A stretch of DNA of 50,681 bases, the filler included, from Catajapyx aquilonaris (lineage: Eukaryota), in NCBI GenBank assembly GCA_000934665.2. It is 2 parts of 2 records of this genome, joined end to end, with 100 filler letters (N's around TTAATTAATTAA, not from the genome) between each part and the next. Parts side by side here need not be neighbours in the genome. Positions count along the whole stretch, not along the records: positions 1 to 25,630 come from JYFJ02005449.1; 1 more part is not named here. The stretch is one strand, 5' to 3'. The position numbers were made by a program, and so were the translations under genes. The notes beneath the pieces are model-generated. The model was not told the origin of the DNA and did not search any database. It worked only from the letters and a program-made list of their open reading frames with translations. This document shows, in pieces, positions 1 to 12,570 of this stretch; position 1 is the stretch's first letter, and the number at the start of each line of letters is the position of its first letter.

Positions 1-1966
1 GCTACCTGAATCGTGTCCTAGAGCGCGTCCAACACCCACATGTGACGTCACGGCGGGAGAGCGGTGATGCGCATTCGGAAGCGCCAGTTGAGCCCAGGTA
101 GGGTTAAGGAATACGCCCGGGGGGGATCTCCTTGCCTGCACCAACATGGCCTCCTCATTTCCCCCTCGTGCTCATAAGCAAACGCCATGGGGATAGGAAA
201 TATCGACGCGACGGCTATCAACAAGTGGGCGACGCCTCCGTGACGTCATTCCCCCCCTCCCTCTGTGGCTGACACTGGAATACACGCCACCACTAGAGAC
301 CATGCCTCCCCCAACAATGCCTCTCGCAATAATGCTGCACTTGAAACCCCTTCTCGAAGATGCGGCTCAGACTGGGGAGGTGTTGTTGGCCCCTGTGTTT
401 GCAACCAGGGGCGGGCACCGGTGACGTCACCGTCCGGCAAAAAAACAGAAAGCGTGGGGGGACATCGAGGGATGCGAGGGAAGGGGAGGGGGGCCTTGTC
501 CGTCAATCTGAGACAAGGCCAAAAAGCTCGGTTTCCAACAGCCGTCAGTCATTCCCGTCCCAAGGAAGCGCCTCCGAGGCCAGGGGAACATCAACTGGCA
601 GGAGGTCGATCTGGGGAAAAAGGGTTGGGTCGATTGGAGACTGGATCGCAGGAGGACGCCATGTTTGGTCCGGGGAGCGCGGAGGAGGAGGGCTTATTAT
701 CCATTTTGCACATGTGTTTCACTTACACCTCAATATGTATTAGCAGTACAGTCTCTATTTACGACAACAGCAATAACAATGCTTTGTACAGTACAAATAA
801 AACTATCAACTAACCCCCTCCTGCCCATCTCAGACGACGATAAAGAAATAATTTATTTACAGTAATAAATTACTAAAGATAATTACTAAAATAATACATA
901 ATTAATAACAGTAAAGTGACGTTAATAACAATATTTAATTAATGATAATAAATTACTCGTCAATTATTAACAATAAATTTTAACAATACATTGTTAATAA
1001 TATCAAATACAATGACTACAATAAATTAATAATAACAAATAACATTGATAATAAAAATTCATAACACATAATAATACAATAACAATAATGATGATAATAA
1101 ATCCATAATGATAAAATGATGTAAGTAACTTTAGGAATAATGATTTATTTTAAAACAACTTACTAGACTAATAAATTTGATAAATATACGTACAATACAT
1201 GCATTTTTATGGATAACATTAATAGTGATATTTGATGGAATGAATGATTCAAAAATAATAATTAATTTTAATAGATAATTTTAAAACTAAGAATTTTAAT
1301 GATTACAAGAATAATGATGTATTTTAATGCATAATTTTAGAGTAATGATTTTTTAAGTTAATCGTGCATTTAATAAATAATTTTCAAAGCAATACGCATT
1401 AGCTGCTATTTACATATAAATTAGTAGCACAGTCACAATCTCAATTTAATCACTATTAATGTGATACAAACGGTATATCATAGGGTTGTACAAGTACTTG
1501 TAGATGTAACATTGCACGAAATGCGCAAAATTTTGTAAATTAAAGGGCTCGTACTATTAGTGGTCCCCTTGTCCAAACTATCAACGTAGTGCCAATACCC
1601 CTTACATGGATGGCGCAACCTCCCTCTCTGCACACTACTGCCACTCTCAGTGTCTGGCGAGGGGTAGTGGTACTACGTGCACGTGGATGATGGATCACCG
1701 CGGACAAAGTCACATACTAAAATATTATATAATTATATTTTGTTTTAATTTTTTATACTCTGTGATAACCATTATGGGATTGGGGGGGGGGGGGGCGNAA
1801 GTAAATTAGGTAGTCAGAACATTTCACTTAGATGCATAAGCTTCATTAAGCCTGTGAAGGAAAGAAATAAAGAAAAAAAGCTGTATCCTTCCTTAAATGG
1901 GCGAACATCCAACGGAGTCTAGCCAGATATCTCGTCATAAGTAGGGAGGCTTGTTTACAAACAACC

Positions 1967-2317
1967 ATGCCCACAAGGTCAAAAGTTATGACCTCTTGAA
2001 CTCACAAGGGACACCGATTTTGTTGAAATTCGGTACATTGGTAGGCCACCCCAAGGGATGAAAAGCGCACCTAAAGTGACATGTTCAAAATGACCCGGTG
2101 ACCCCTTTTTTTGGAGGGCAGAGGTCAACTCGTAAATGCCGAAAACTCACCGATTTTCTTGAAATTCGGTGCATTGGTATAGCCCGGGTCATTTTGAGCA
2201 GGTCACTTTAGGTGCGTTTTTCATCCCTTGGGGGTGGGCTGCCAATGCACCGAATTTGAAGAGAATTGGTGAGACCTTGTGAGTTCGAGAGGTCATAACT
2301 TTTGACCTTGTGGGCAT
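1967..2317. mobile_element. Foldback/MITE-like element with ~130-bp imperfect inverted arms
   Basis: 1967-2098 (atgcccacaaggtcaaaagttatgacctc...aaaatgacccgg) is the reverse complement of 2184-2317 (ccgggtcatttt...gaggtcataacttttgaccttgtgggcat). The element may extend over roughly 1800-2440. Confidence 0.65.
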
Positions 2318-2909
2318 CAGCCTAAATTGTTTGCATTTTCTTTAATAACTTACCTGCCTATATTATTGTGCCAAGTTTCATTCAGAAACTCCACGGACAA
2401 CACTTGCACTTCCCTTCTGAGCAGGGCCCTACGAACTATAATATAGAGAACATTCGGGGAGATCTATATATATAGCGTTTTATTCACAAACTTGGCAACT
2501 TGTTTAATCAGTTTGATTTCTAACCTTTGTACCCCGGACTCAGAAAGTTTTCCAGAACAGCAGTACATATTACAAAATATGAACAGACATGAATTTCATA
2601 GCTCAAGTTATGTCATAGGCTGCATGTTATAATCACACATAGAAAAAAATAAAATATTATCAACCTCTGACCAGAGTTGGTGACCCTGAAGGTCGCTGTT
2701 GCTAATTATTCACATGTCAACTTATTATTCGTAAATATGGTTATACTTGGCGTTTTTCTTCTCTCGTCCAATTATTACAAAAGGCAAATTTTTTTAACGC
2801 GTTACAGTGCAGATTAACCACTTTTTGCACGCTAAAATGACGTAACAACCTTTGCTGAAGGTGACCGCGGTGCAATTCTGCGTATATGTAGTATCCATCA
2901 GGATTCAGG

Positions 2910-4271
2910 ATGGAAGACGTGGTCCCCCAACGGCTGCTGGACCAGTGGATGGAGGCGATGACCACTCCGGCCCTCGTGACCCCTGACCTGGATGACCCCA
3001 ATCCTCCGGACTGGCTGGACAAGGACAGGTTCAGGAGGGGCCAGTCCTTCTTCTGGAGGCACTACGCCGCCATCAGCATCTCGGGAATCGTAGGGTCAGC
3101 TGGGTCATTTGCCATGACCTCAGTCTTCCAGGTGGGCACAAGGTCAATGGGGACCTACAGTGCTTTCAAAATAATAATATTTAAAATGCTAATAACTAAT
3201 TTCAATAAATAATATTTAAAATGCTAATAACTAATTTCAATAAATAATATTTAAAATGCTAATAACTAATTTCAATAAATAATATTTAAAATGCTAATAA
3301 CTAATTTCAATAAATAATTTTGACTAATGATTAATATTCATGAGTAATTTTAAATGTTAATTAATTTGAGATCATTTTAAAATAATGCTTGATTTTAGAT
3401 CATTTTAAAATAATACTTAGTTTTAATCCGGATTAAAATTATAGGTTTTAATGACAACTTTCACGGGAAATTTAAATAATTACTTCGAATAAATTTAAAT
3501 AAATTTAAATAATTAAGTTAAATTAATTTAAATGAATTTAAATCATTTTAATATCGATTAATGTTTGTATGAGTAATTTAAATAAATTTAAATGAATTTA
3601 AATCATTTTAATATCGATTAATGTTCGTATGAGTAATTTTAAACTGTAATTAATTTCAGTAGATGATTTTAAAATAATGCTTAACTTTAATGATAAATCG
3701 TTATTTTAAAATTAATAGCAATAATTTAGAAATAAATTTGAACTAATTTAAGTGCGAATTTGAATATGTTTTAAGAATGTTAATTTAAAAATTATAATTC
3801 AATAACCTACACAGTATATCTTAAATTAATAATAACTTTAATGTAACTTTTATTAATAACTTCATTAAATAATTAACGACAATTCATGTCAACGCTTATT
3901 TTAACACGATTATTTTCGTTTTAACGAGTAATTTATTGAAAATAAATTTAATTAGAGGCAATGATTAAATTAATTAATAATCGTAAAATAATTCATGTGT
4001 CTAAAATAATATATCTGTTAATTAGTTTTAACAATAATTATTTTCACGAATAATTTTTAAAATTATAATTACCGTACTGTTTATGAAGTAGGAGTGGTTT
4101 TAAATCCCAGATTATTAGCATGACGCGACGTACTAGTAAGAGATCATACTAGTGTTACGGTGCGTGACATTCGGGAGCAATATTTAATCCGAGAGTACGC
4201 ACCAACTTGCCAAAATTCGGCAAAAATTTAGGCCAAATAGCGAAAGTGAAGAAGAAGAAGTAGTAGTAGTC

Positions 4272-4311
<40 letters not shown>

Positions 4312-5596
4312 AAGAAGAAGAAGAGACAGACGCGGATCAGGCAGCGACATCCGACTGTGGATTGCAGAAGTACCGGTAACAAGAAGTGCAGAAGTAAGCG
4401 AGTCGCCACCCAGGCGGTGGAGCCCCGCGCCCGGAACGGCGGAAATGGGAATTCCGTGGAAAGGTCGCGGTCGGCTTTTTTTTTGAGGCGGTCGGCGGTT
4501 TTTTTGCTTTTTATAAATTCCCTGGACACTATTTCCCAAAAACAAAAGTTTATTGCAGATATTAATAACGCGGGCTAAATTTTGACACCACTCCCAATGC
4601 TGTAGGCCGTACGGTGAGGGAGCAGATGTGGGAACAGTCAGGTATTAATAATATCGATTAGATACGTTTTGAAGAGGATCGGTGTTACTATGTCTAGACG
4701 TGACATTGGTTAGGATTAGGTACTGTTAGCGTGACGGTGCGTGACATACCTCATATGGTACCCCCTTCTTCCAGGTACTGCTGTTCGCCAACAAGTTCGG
4801 CAGCGTGTCCAACTGCCTGAAGCGCGTGATGGACACAGCCAAGTACCTGGGACAATGGATGGGAGGAGACATGTGGGACCCGAAGGATCCGTCGTACCAG
4901 GGCATGGCCGAGGTGCAGAAGATGCATCAGAGGGTCGGTACCGTCACGAACCGGAACAAGGAGAAGGTCCGAGCATCCAGACTTGGTGTGAACAACGAGC
5001 CAGGGTTGTACCAACAATGCAGGCTGTGGAGCATGGCACGGCAGGACGTCCAGTGCAGTCGTGAGCCGTACCCGTACCCTGATGGTGCACTGTACATGAG
5101 CCAGTTCGACGTCCTGTCTGTCGGCGTGGGTGCCCTGATGGTACTGGCATGTCCAGAGCGGTTTGGTATCCACGCGACCCACCAGGAGTTGGAGGACTAC
5201 GTGTATGTCTGGCGCGTTGTCATTTACTACCTCGGTGTACAGGACCGATACAACCCGTGCACCGGATTGGACACATTCAGGTCGTACCAGCAACATTACA
5301 ACACAACGTTTATTCTCCCTGCGTACCGGCATATGTCCAAAGAGGACGAGTTTGTCTCCAGGTTACACACTGCAGCTATGCACAAGATGGCTCCTGTCAC
5401 TGTATTGTTGACTGGAGATGTGACTTTGGCTTATGTATTGTGGGTGTTGGGGTGCGATACCGGTACCGTACAGGGTGCTATGAGCTGGTACAACCGGACA
5501 GTACTGGCAGCGATGAAGTTCATAATGTTGGTCCTAATGAAGTTGTCTGTTGTGAGAAGCATGGCTAATTACATGGCAAAGTCATTCACGCTGTAA
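2910..5596 (+). CDS. ER-bound oxygenase MpaB/MpaB'/rubber oxygenase catalytic-domain protein (DUF2236 family), 2 exons, ~347 aa
   Basis: Exon 1 2910-3131 (ATG...TTCCAG|gtgggc) and exon 2 4775-5596 (cccttcttccag|GTACTG) join in phase 0 to give ...SVFQ|VLLFANKFGSVSNCLKRVMDT.... Motifs typical of arthropod MpaB-like proteins: PDWLDKDRFRRGQSFF, EVQKMH (putative haem His), SQFD, ELEDYVYVWRVVIYYLGVQDRYNPC. Confidence 0.85.
3170..3318. repeat. AT-rich 35-bp minisatellite, ~4 copies, in the oxygenase intron
   Basis: Unit taaataatatttaaaatgctaataactaatttcaa; ttaaaatgct recurs at 3181, 3216, 3251 and 3286. Confidence 0.9.
4248..4324. repeat. Compound microsatellite (AAG)n(TAG)n(AAG)n
   Basis: Read directly; it explains the spurious poly-Y and poly-L ORFs. 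Confidence 0.9.
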
Positions 5597-6767
5597 TTAT
5601 TGTCGGTTACAATGTGACTGTCCGTGCCTGGCAGGGCCACAAGACTGGTGCGGTCACCCCAAATCCATACAGATACACCGACACATGTAGCATGTATAGT
5701 TACATGGGTTACCATGTGAGAGCGGCAGTAGTGTGCAGATGCGCCAACTGGTAGCGGCATATTGTACTACGTCCAAGTGGGGGAGGGGGTCGGGCAGTGT
5801 TGCCGAATTTTGGCTAGTTTAAAAAACAATTCTGGACAAGTTGCGTTTTGAACTGATTGCTTTATTATACCATACAATGATGTGTTTAGTGTTTTATGTC
5901 AGCAATATACACATATATGGCATCTGTATTATTATAAAGTCGATTAATTGGGGTGTAAAATTAATTAGCCCTTTTTTGACATTTTTTCGTATTTTTATGA
6001 GTCAGGATATACATATAGCTATTATGTAACGCTACTTGGTTGACCTTCGCACCAAGGTTGTTACGAGTACGTGTTGTAAGAAAAACATGTACCGGGTACG
6101 TACCTTTAACCGTCATACAACCACAATAGAGATTTGGAAATGAGCTCGATCAATTACCTCCAGTTATATACGGTTAATTATTAAGCGCATTTAGATAATG
6201 TTAACTTGCACCTCCCTTCATCGCTGACTTATGTGTTGTTGTTGTTGTTTAGGTAATGTAGGAGTGTAGGCTTATTGCCTAAAATACATAAACTTCGTTA
6301 ATAATATTGTCCGTAAATCAAGTTAAGAAGAATGTGTATGTGACTAGAGATAATGTTTAGAGTAGAGGGCGGAATATGCGCAACTGGAAATGTTTCAACA
6401 ATTTCCATGGCATATACCGTACTAATCTTCTTAACTATTCGCTTTGCACGGTAATAACAGGTGCCCATAATAATTACAGCCTAATTACGGGAAGAAGCTT
6501 CCGAAAACATTTAACGATTCTGTTTGGTGTCGGTGTGTAATATTCGCTAATAGAATGGGCAATGAGTATGTGATACTGCTGATAAGTTACATGAGGGAAT
6601 TTCGAAGTGATGGTGAACCAGGTCATATCAAGGCAGACATGACCTGACAATGTAATGCAATGAGCCGAGTATTATACGAGGAAATTTCTGTTAACAATTG
6701 TGCTAACTTGATTGGTAAGAGGATATTAGTTGAACAAAGTTGCAATTATTGTGCTTATTTACTTATT

Positions 6768-9700
6768 TTAAGTGCTTTCCCCCGGGGTGGCTACTCTGAC
6801 TGGAGTCCCACCGGAGACGGGGACGGGGACGACCATTTCTTTCCTCCCTCTTCCTTCTCTCTTGAAGCAGATTTCAGCCAGGAAGGCCACCAGAGACAGC
6901 CCCAGAAATGCACCCCAGAAGATGAATATCATGGACAGGTGCTCCAGTCGCAGTATGGCCTGCGTATCCGTTGGTTCCTCCTCCTGATCTGCGAAAGCCA
7001 AATATGCCCTGAGAGCCATGTGTTGCTCAAACAGGAACTTCGCAAACCCGGCCTGGTCCATCCTGTTGGCTGTGTCAAATATCGCCTGGTTGTAGACTCC
7101 TCCTTTTGGAGCTGCAGTCTTGAGGGACATGGAGAACTCCTTAGATGGGGACTCACGCAGCATGAATTCTCCTCCCCTGTAGAATCGGACACTTTGTTCT
7201 ACAAGGACTAGCTTGTGCACCAGACACGCCGTACGTGGAATGTCCATGACGGCTTCCAGACACGTGTCTGGGTGTGAGACTATGTCCGATTTGTTGAACA
7301 TGCGGATGTAGTGAGGGTTCGAGATTTGCGTTGCCAGCTGGAAAGCCAAAATGTTCAATCAAGTATATATTAGATCAAAAACTTTCCCTTCAGTAAAAAA
7401 AAAGTAAGACCTCCGCGGCGGAATGAAAGTACTGAAACAAGGCAGGCGCACGTAAGACCTTCACCAATTGATTTAAGCTGTACCATAGGTCTTACTCAAG
7501 CAATTACCAATTTACTACTCATGAAATCTCCTTTCTGAAAACAAATTTGTGGAATTTCTGTCGTACTACTAGCTACTTCTAACTTAGCAGTACCAATGTA
7601 GTGGAATGGCACACTGCTAAGTTAGCAGTAACTACAGACCTATAGTTAATAGTAATAGTAGTACGACGAAAATTCCACCCATTAATTTTCCATGAGCCAC
7701 TCCATATTAGTGTTTTATGAAATTAGGAACTTCAATATTAAGCGCATTGAATTTCTATGCGATTAGTGCGAATTATTGCTATGAAACATTCATGCAGAAT
7801 CGTCACCTCTTTTAGATGCTGATTTTAGCTGTAACATTTAATTTTTCACATACTGTATAAACGTTAATTGGTGAATTTTAGAGGGTCTTTTTCGATTGGA
7901 CCAAGTCTGTTAGAATGGGTTTAGTTTTTCCCCCATTTTTTTCTTTCATAATAAAATCCTGCCTACTGCTCTGAGTAGTTTGCAGCAGTCATTTTACGAG
8001 ACGTTCCATACCGTACTTGAGAATTGCTTGAGTAAGACCTATGGTACAGCTTAAATCAATTGGTGAAGGTCTTAAGTGCGCCTGCCTTGTTTCAGGACTT
8101 TCATTCCGCCGCGGAGGTCTTACTTCTCTTTTTTTTTACTGAAGGGAAAGTTTTTGATCTAATTTCAGTTCTTTTTTGACAAGTACACATAACTTATGCT
8201 CTACACTATACAGTCTGCATTATGAATGCATTGGAGACGATTCTCGTCGCTTAGAAGTCCCTAAAATTATTTTCACAGAGATAGTCGTAAAAAAACGAAA
8301 GTGGAGGGCTACCAGCCAACGGTTAGTCTGATTTAATTATTATGAAATAGCCTATACGCTAAAATATACGGAATATATACATTGAGAACTGTACCAGACA
8401 AATTTGCTGAAATCGTGGTACTTTGCAAGAATGCAATAAATACTTATCTGCGGCTTGCCTCCGTCACATCTGAAAACTCCCAACCGTACTTAATTTTCGC
8501 GAAATGCGACGATTTCAGCAAATCAGTTCGTCTGGCACGTTACAATAAAATACGCAAGTACATGTCTGCAAAACCTGCGTAACGAACGGACAGTATGTCT
8601 GTGTATGTGCCCAGGACATGTATCTTTTCCAATTCCCGGACCCGCGGAAACCAAAACTAGACAACTGTCACCAATGTCACTTACAACATTATTCGGGGCA
8701 ACCCTTCAATTATCTACATGAGAACCATACCAGACGAATTTACTTGAATCCGGATGCAACAAACTTCAAGAGACTGCGGAAAAAGTCTTATTAAGTAAAA
8801 GTATAAATGGTAGGAAATCAATTCACGGTGGTGGGGATCTGTGTTCAAAATTTGGAAGCTCTATACCTACAGCAGAATCTGAGTTAGGGCGATTGAAAAA
8901 AACGTAACAACAACAAGAAGAAGAAACAGGAAAAATTCATTGTTGAAACGCTATGCTACGGTCTTACTTAAGGGCTACCGCCCTTAAAATAAAGGTCCTC
9001 TCCGAGGAGGAGGAGGAGCTGGGGGCCTGGAGCTCACCTGTGTAAGAACCAGTGAGGAGATGAATGGCATCACTGTATGGTATCCAGCCTGGTACAGTTC
9101 CTCCAGGTTGTTTGGCATCTCTTCCATCTCAGGGATGGCCATCATTTCGGTCAGCTTGCTCTTGTATCCACAGACAGACACGACTGCCAGGACCCAGAAG
9201 GAGCCGATCAGGGCCCTCACCTTTGTGGAGGGAGGAGTGTCTTCAGGTTGCTCCAGAAGGATGCGGGTCAGATGGGCCAGGCAGTGTCGGAGTGACCTCT
9301 TCTTCTTCAGGAGGACACGAAGGACCAGAGCGCAGACAAAGATTGAAGCCAGCAGACCCATCCAGGAGACCCAGGTGAAGGGTAGGACCAGGAAGGTCCA
9401 CCTCCTGCTCTGTCGAGGATTGGCAGTCACGAAGGTCAGGTACGTGTCCACACCTAAGGCGGACGTGTCCACGTAGCGAACAACCTGGCTGGTCATTGAG
9501 TAGACTACGCCAACATCCACCCTGCCACTCAGGATCTCTTTGATGTTGCCCAACCATGTCCCGTTTGGCAACTGGCTGTCCCACTTTCCGTCTGGAACTT
9601 CAGGCTCGATGATGATCAGCCGAACTCCCCTGACGTCTTCAAAGATCAGGACCACTCTTTCAGTGAATGACAAGTACTGAGGTCCATACAGCTCTAGTTT

Positions 9701-10548
9701 CATCCGTGCGGTCTTGTAGTCCGTCGTTTGGGGGAAAGGAAAACGCATGATCTTCCCATTCACGTGTCTTGTCATATCAGGAAACAGGTGTGGTCCGACA
9801 CGGATAGGACCTGGATACTCTGGCAGGTCTAAGGTTGTGGGGTGACCTCCTTCGAGGCAGTAGAAGCAGATCGTCTGCAAGGTCAGGTAGTCGTCTTTCC
9901 TGAGAATAGAACCAAGAGTGCAGTGGTGGAAATTAATGGAGAAGCACAAGTATCGCCGCCTGGAGGAGCTTTTCCTTTACGTGCTCACCTGCTAGTTGCG
10001 ATCTTGAACTTGATTTGGTCTGCAGGATGTTGGTACAGAACCTTCTCCGGATCCCCTTCCTTGAAGTGCAAGATGAAGGGATCCTGCAGGTTTCTGATCC
10101 TGACAAACGGAACTGTTTGGACAATCTGGTCTGCCAGCATCTCTGGAGACTCCAGGACGAAGAGGTTCAAGGTGCAGTTATTCTGACCGGGCCAAAAGGT
10201 GGTCGTCATCTCTGGAGGCATGGTGGTGAACGAGTACAGCTGGTCCGGCTTGGATATGCCCCAGTACTGGTCCCATGTCTTCAGGTGGCCACCGTGGTTG
10301 GGATGGGCTGCGTTGAAGAGGACTGACGGCCTGTAAGATTCACACTGACCTTCGATGAATTCGTTCAGATGATGGCTGCCATTCACTTCATTTCGGGACA
10401 ACAGGACGAAGCACTTGGAGTATTCAGGCAGCTCCAGAATCTCATTGGTCAGTTCGATCAGCACCTGGAGGTCATCATGACTCCTCTTGGTTATTTGAGG
10501 TTTTCCAAGTACAGCGGACACCATGAGGACAACCAGCAATTTGTCCAT
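6768..10548 (-). CDS. Divergent ionotropic receptor (IR, iGluR-related chemoreceptor), copy A, 3 exons, ~663 aa
   Basis: Exons 10548-9989, 9899-9038 and 7337-6768 sum to 1992 nt (664 codons), with GT-AG introns of 89 and 1700 nt. Signal peptide MDKLLVVLMVSAVLG; S1 motif NGTWLGNIKEILSGRVDVG; M1 PFTWVSW; pore RILLEQ; M3 GYKSKLTEMM; C-terminal LRLEHLSMIFIFWGAFLGLSLVAFLAE helix, all typical of IRs. Confidence 0.88.
7371..8988. mobile_element. Non-autonomous Helentron/DINE-1-like (HINE) composite insertion in intron 2 of IR copy A
   Basis: Absent from the 80-nt paralogous intron of copy B (13570-13649), which fixes the borders. Subterminal IR aagtaagacc (7402-7411) / ggtcttactt (8960-8969) is followed by the terminal hairpin ttaagggc-tacc-gcccttaa (8968-8987). 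Long inverted arms at 7369-7505 and 8022-8163; no transposase ORF. Confidence 0.72.
7548..7678. mobile_element. Small nested palindromic MITE-like element
   Basis: gtggaatttctgtcgtactact...ctaacttagcagt pairs with actgctaagttag...agtagtacgacgaaaattccac. Confidence 0.55.
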
Positions 10549-11777
10549 TACTGAAACAATCAATGGTTATGAACACTCTCAAGTGTCAAGATTTTGTGTA
10601 GGATATCATGAAGCCTAACCTTCTCTCATGGATCAGTCTACATCACTGCTTCAATCCAAATTTCGGCGTCGTATGTGCATGGTGCTGGAGAGTAACGGTA
10701 ATTATTCGCTGTAAACAACATTTTGTGCAATACACACCACAACCTATAGGTCCTGAAATGCTCTGCTTCATACTATTCAGTATTCCACAGGATACGACGT
10801 GTACTTAGATTACTGGTTGATTAAGTCTCCTTAATGACTTGTACTGTACATGACATATCGATTGGCGCAGTAATTATGGTTCAAGTGTTGTTTATGTCTC
10901 CGCCACCACCCTATTACGTAGGTGGTGTTATTGACATGACAACAGCTGCTCACTGACGAATTTTCCCAAGAGGAAGGAGACCTACGACTTAAATATTCGA
11001 CTTTCGCAGATCCGGATGAGAAGCCAACTAATAAGCACCAGCTGTCAGCATCGCACATCCTATTTGTTTATGACTGTACTTATAAACATGAAAGTTAGTA
11101 CATAGTCAGTATCTATGTATGCCGGACACGTGTTGAAAATTCTACACTTCTACCATCAACGATATTTGAGATATGCCTCACAAAAAAAAAGTCCCAAGAT
11201 CATCCCCAAACAACGAAGAGTTCAAAATCAACAAGAGGTTCTTACTTATAGGGACTACCGTCCCTGCAATTGTTCTTAATAACATAAGATAGAGTGACAC
11301 TCATTTTTTTTGCCTCTCCCAATTGACACAGTCAGGATTGAATAACATAGTTTGCAATTTCTGAGCTTCTACATATTATGACCGACTAAAATATCAATTT
11401 CAGTGATATCCATAACTTTAGATTTACTTATGAACGTCATAATTTTTCACTAAATTCTGCAAGAGTCTGTAATTATTGCTGTAGGACAATATTCATTTCA
11501 TCCCAATTTGCATTTGAATATTGCATTGCATAATTATTTCCTGACTCAATATTGCGACCACAATGACTCTGATGACATCCCAACTTATCCATTTCTCACG
11601 GCGTTATTCAATGTAACACTTGGTCTCCGCTCAATATTTTGCCCCCTAATTACTTCATATCCCTTCATCGCACTAAACACCAGTCTTACCAAGTGCAGTA
11701 GTGTATAGATGACTACCAGCAACGTCTTGGCAGTTTCGTCACAGTTTCCATGGCGATACTACTTCTGAAATATTTAA

Positions 11778-11903
11778 CCTCCTGAGACCCCTGGTACAGT
11801 ATACTGTATACCTTTGTTTTTTCCAGCACCTTCTGACTAACTCAAACGCGTAAAAAAAAAACAAAAAACAAAGGTGATTGAAAGGTGTACTAGGAGTCTC
11901 AGG
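11778..11903. mobile_element. piggyBac-like MITE flanked by TTAA
   Basis: TTAA (11774-11777) + cctcctgagacccctggtaca ... tgtactaggagtctcagg + TTAA (11904-11907). Confidence 0.65.
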
Positions 11904-11907
11904 TTAA

Positions 11908-12570
11908 TGGGCCGGGAGCGCCAGCAAGGGAAGCCAATTCAGACACAAGCTGCCCATTATTGCTGCCATTATTGTGTGTAACTATGACGGGTCATACGGG
12001 CAGCTTGTATCTGAATTGGCAACCCTTATCGGCGGCGGGGGGATTGGCAACCCTTGCCGGCGGCGGGGGGATTGGCAACCCTTGCCGGCGGCGGGGGGAT
12101 TGGCAACCCTTGTCGGCGGCGGGGGAATTGGCAACCCTTACCGGCGGCGCTGTTGCCTTTCTCCATCCGATCGGCAGACCTGGTTTCGGGATTAGTGCGG
12201 GGGGGCGTCTAGAATTTCACACATATGTGCCACGAAAATTGCCCAAATGACTCCAAAATCGGTCGACACGGAGATCGGCGTGGGTGTTACACATTCCAAG
12301 ACGCCGAATTCAAATGGCCGGCTCCGTTGCGACGCCCCTGTGACGTCAATTCCCAAACGCATTTCCCAACGCCGATCGATTACTTATGGGCCGATTAGAA
12401 CCGTTCCACAACCGGAACAAGCGCCAGCTCTTTCTCCGGACGATGCAAAAGACCCTGTGTCTGTATCTCTAACAGCGCGCCAGGATTCGTCGGACGAAGA
12501 CGAATCAGCGCACCCGATTTTGGCTCGCTGCCGCCCAGAAAGTGGCGGGAAACGTAATGACCCGGCCCTG
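11908..12570. mobile_element. GC-rich non-autonomous element, TTAA-flanked, with an internal 28-bp tandem repeat
   Basis: Ends tgggccggg / cccggccctg between TTAA sites. It shares gcgacgcc..gtgacgtca.ttcc (12329-12353) with the GC-rich stretch at 230-252. Confidence 0.45.
12015..12149. repeat. 28-bp G-rich minisatellite, ~5 copies
   Basis: attggcaacccttgccggcggcgggggg starting at 12015, 12043, 12071, 12099 and 12127. Confidence 0.92.

Noticed and set aside
246..865. ORFs of 66-182 aa at the window start
   Set aside because: No recognisable motifs or splice structure; this is GC-rich repeat-like DNA running into an AT-rich tract.
3368..3390. bantam-like sequence tgagatcatttt
   Set aside because: Only the 5' 12 nt match, within AT-rich low-complexity intron DNA and with no precursor hairpin.
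4155..4578. Poly-Tyr / poly-Leu ORFs
   Set aside because: These are translations of the (TAG)n microsatellite within the oxygenase intron.
4070..4616. Possible TIR element (accgtac...ggagtggt / accactcc...gtacggt) in the oxygenase intron
   Set aside because: The inverted matches are too short and interrupted to call without other copies.
9960..9988. Ultra-short 29-nt (copy A) or 19-nt (copy B) intron using the ctcctccag acceptor
   Set aside because: It is in frame in A but below the normal arthropod minimum intron size. The downstream ttctattctcag acceptor has a better pyrimidine tract, the same phase, and gives 89- and 79-nt introns.
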